Below are positions 62,042-64,000 of a stretch of 64,000 nt of DNA, in pieces (position 1 is the stretch's first letter; every line of letters begins with the position of its first letter). Source of the DNA: Isurus oxyrinchus (Eukaryota); NCBI GenBank assembly GCA_026770705.1, contig JANJGN010000002.1:170376001-170440000 (forward strand), in the 5' to 3' direction. The notes beneath the pieces were generated by a model. It was not told where the DNA came from. It was given only the letters and a program-made list of their open reading frames with translations, and searched no databases. The position numbers were made by a program, and so were the translations under genes.

Positions 62042-64000
62042 CTGTTGTAAGCATACTTTTTCTTCTTTATCTTAATTTCTAACTCTCTTTTCATCTAAGG
62101 AGCCCTGGATTTGTTTGCCCAGCCATTCCCTTTTGAGGGAATATAGCTCGACTGTGCCCGAACCATTTCTTCTTTGAAAGTAGCCCATTGTTCTGTTTTT
62201 CCCACCAGCCTTTGGTTCCAATCTATCCGATCCAGCTCTGATCTTGCCCCATTGAAGTCAGCTCTCCCCCAATTAATTATTTTTACTTTGGATTACCCAT
62301 TGTCCTTTTCTACCATCTTCCTAAACCTCATGATACAATGATCACTGTCTCCTAAATGTTCTTCCACTGATACTTGATCTATTTGGCCCATCTCCTTTCT
62401 AAGAACCAGGTCTAGCAGTGCATCCTTTCATGTTGGACTGAATACATACTAGTGTAGAAAATTTTCCTGAACACTATCTAGGAACTCTTGGTCCTCTCTG
62501 CCCTTTATACTACCACTAGCCTAGTCTATATTCGGGTAACTAAATTCTTCCATTATAACTGTCCTATAATGTTTGCACCTGTCTGGTAATTTCCCTGCAG
62601 ATTTGTTTCTCTATTTCCTTCTCACTAGTTGGTGGTCTATGGACTACACAGAGTAATGTGATTTTACCCTTTTTGTTCCTTTGCTCTAGCCAACTTGATT
62701 CTGTCCTTGAACCGTCTGGGACATCCTCTTTCTCCAGCACTGCGATGCTCTCCTAAACCAATACCACCACCCCTCCTCCTTTTCTTCCTTTCCTATCTTT
62801 CTTGAACACCTTGTACCCAGGAATATTTAACACCCAGTCCTCTGTTTACGCCACATCATAATTCCACATGGCAATCTGCACCTGTAACTCACTAATCTTA
62901 TTTACTATGCTCCCAGAATTCACATGCATGCAGTATAACCCAGATTTAGACTTCATTACTTTCTCCCTTACTCTGACTCCACATATTAGCTTACTATTTT
63001 CTATATTAGTGCCACGTGTCCCTCCCAGTATTTTGCACATCCTCATATTACTCTCTAATATTCTCTCCAGGTTGCTGCACCCCTGCTGAGTTAGTTTAAA
63101 GCCCCCGGAACAGCACTAGCAAAACATCCCACAAAGAACTCAGTCCTGGTTATGTTTAGGTGCAACTCATCTGGATGTACAGGTGCCATCTTCCCCAGAG
63201 CCAGTCCCAATGTCCCAGGAATCTAAAACCCTTCCTCCTGTACCATCTTTCCAGCCACACATTCATCTGCCTTATCCTCCTATTTCTGTATTCACTTGCA
63301 AGTGGCACTGGGAGTAATCCAGAGATCACTACTTTTGAGGTCCTACTTGTTAATTTTCTACCTAGCTCCCTAAATTCTGACTGCAGGTCCACATCCCCCT
63401 TCCTACCTAAGTAATCGGTATCAAGGTGGACAACGACCTCTGGCTGTTCACCCTCCCCCAGAAGAATGTTCTGCAGCCACTCTGTGATATCCTTGACTCT
63501 GGCACCAGGGAGACAACATACCATCTAGAGTCATGTCTATAGCTGCAGAAAGACCTGTCTGTTCCCCAAACAAATCTCTGTCATTATTTCTCTTCCTTTC
63601 TTCTTCCTCCCCTCCTGGACAGCCGAGCCGCTCATGGTGCCACAAACTTGGCTCTGACTGCACCCCTCTGAGGAACAAACACCTTCACCAGTATCCAGCA
63701 ATTTGCATACCAGGGAATAATTTCTGAGGCAGGTCAGTGAGGTCATAGGCAATTGTAGTAAAATATAATTCATAAATTCTCTCTTTCTATTTTAGAACAA
63801 GTGGAACTGAACATAAAAGAACCAGTGAGAATCCAGTTTATTGTAACAGAAGGGGTCAATTTTGTTGAAATACTTTTACCCTATAGCTTAAACCTAGTTG
63901 CTATTTACAGAATAATCTACATTTATTATTGATTTTTGCCACAGATACAATGCCAAGACCTGTGAGATGCTGCTTTTATTCAACTTATGACAATGTCCGT

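Larger units (their letters stand above)
58140..63690 (-). mobile_element. Long CR1 LINE (ORF1 SGNH esterase, APE, RT) with nested CR1 and LTR
   Basis: ORF 63156..63524 VCCLPGARVKD..VVVH..VVISGLLP (esterase); 62846..63046 APE start; 59430..59651; 58372..58752 RT C-terminus. Confidence 0.85.

Noticed and set aside
63156-63524. Stand-alone SGNH esterase gene
   Set aside because: It is the known esterase domain of CR1 ORF1, directly upstream of the CR1 endonuclease.
1-64000. CRISPR arrays or prokaryotic defence operons
   Set aside because: Sequence is intron-containing vertebrate DNA; no regularly spaced repeat-spacer array was seen and repeats are explained by TEs.

Overview
Eukaryotic genomic DNA, very probably a cartilaginous fish (inferred from Deu-domain SINE, dense CR1/L2 LINEs, Penelope fold-backs and Harbinger families); roughly three quarters is transposon-derived by eye. 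Two host genes were reconstructed by hand from splice sites and reading frames and lie tail-to-tail. (1) A complete 4-exon, 265-aa compact RBR-type (RING1-IBR-RING2) E3 ubiquitin ligase on + (20300-29141), with a triple-GAAA ISRE and a kB-like palindrome in its CpG-rich promoter. (2) The 3' half of a USP-family deubiquitinase on - (exons 55833 down to 46068) with an intact His box and a ~310-aa Glu/Lys-rich tail; its 5' exons, including the Cys box, were not found in the window. Together they suggest a possible interferon-inducible ubiquitin/UBL writer-eraser locus (inference). Other notable structure: Penelope-derived fold-back palindromes carrying minimal hammerhead-ribozyme motifs in and next to the E3 gene, a Vingi/Ingi-like LINE nested in a Penelope with a 10-bp TSD, and many PIF/Harbinger elements (transposase plus Myb/SANT gene) and hairpin-array MITEs. 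TE boundaries are approximate unless a TSD or TIR is quoted.
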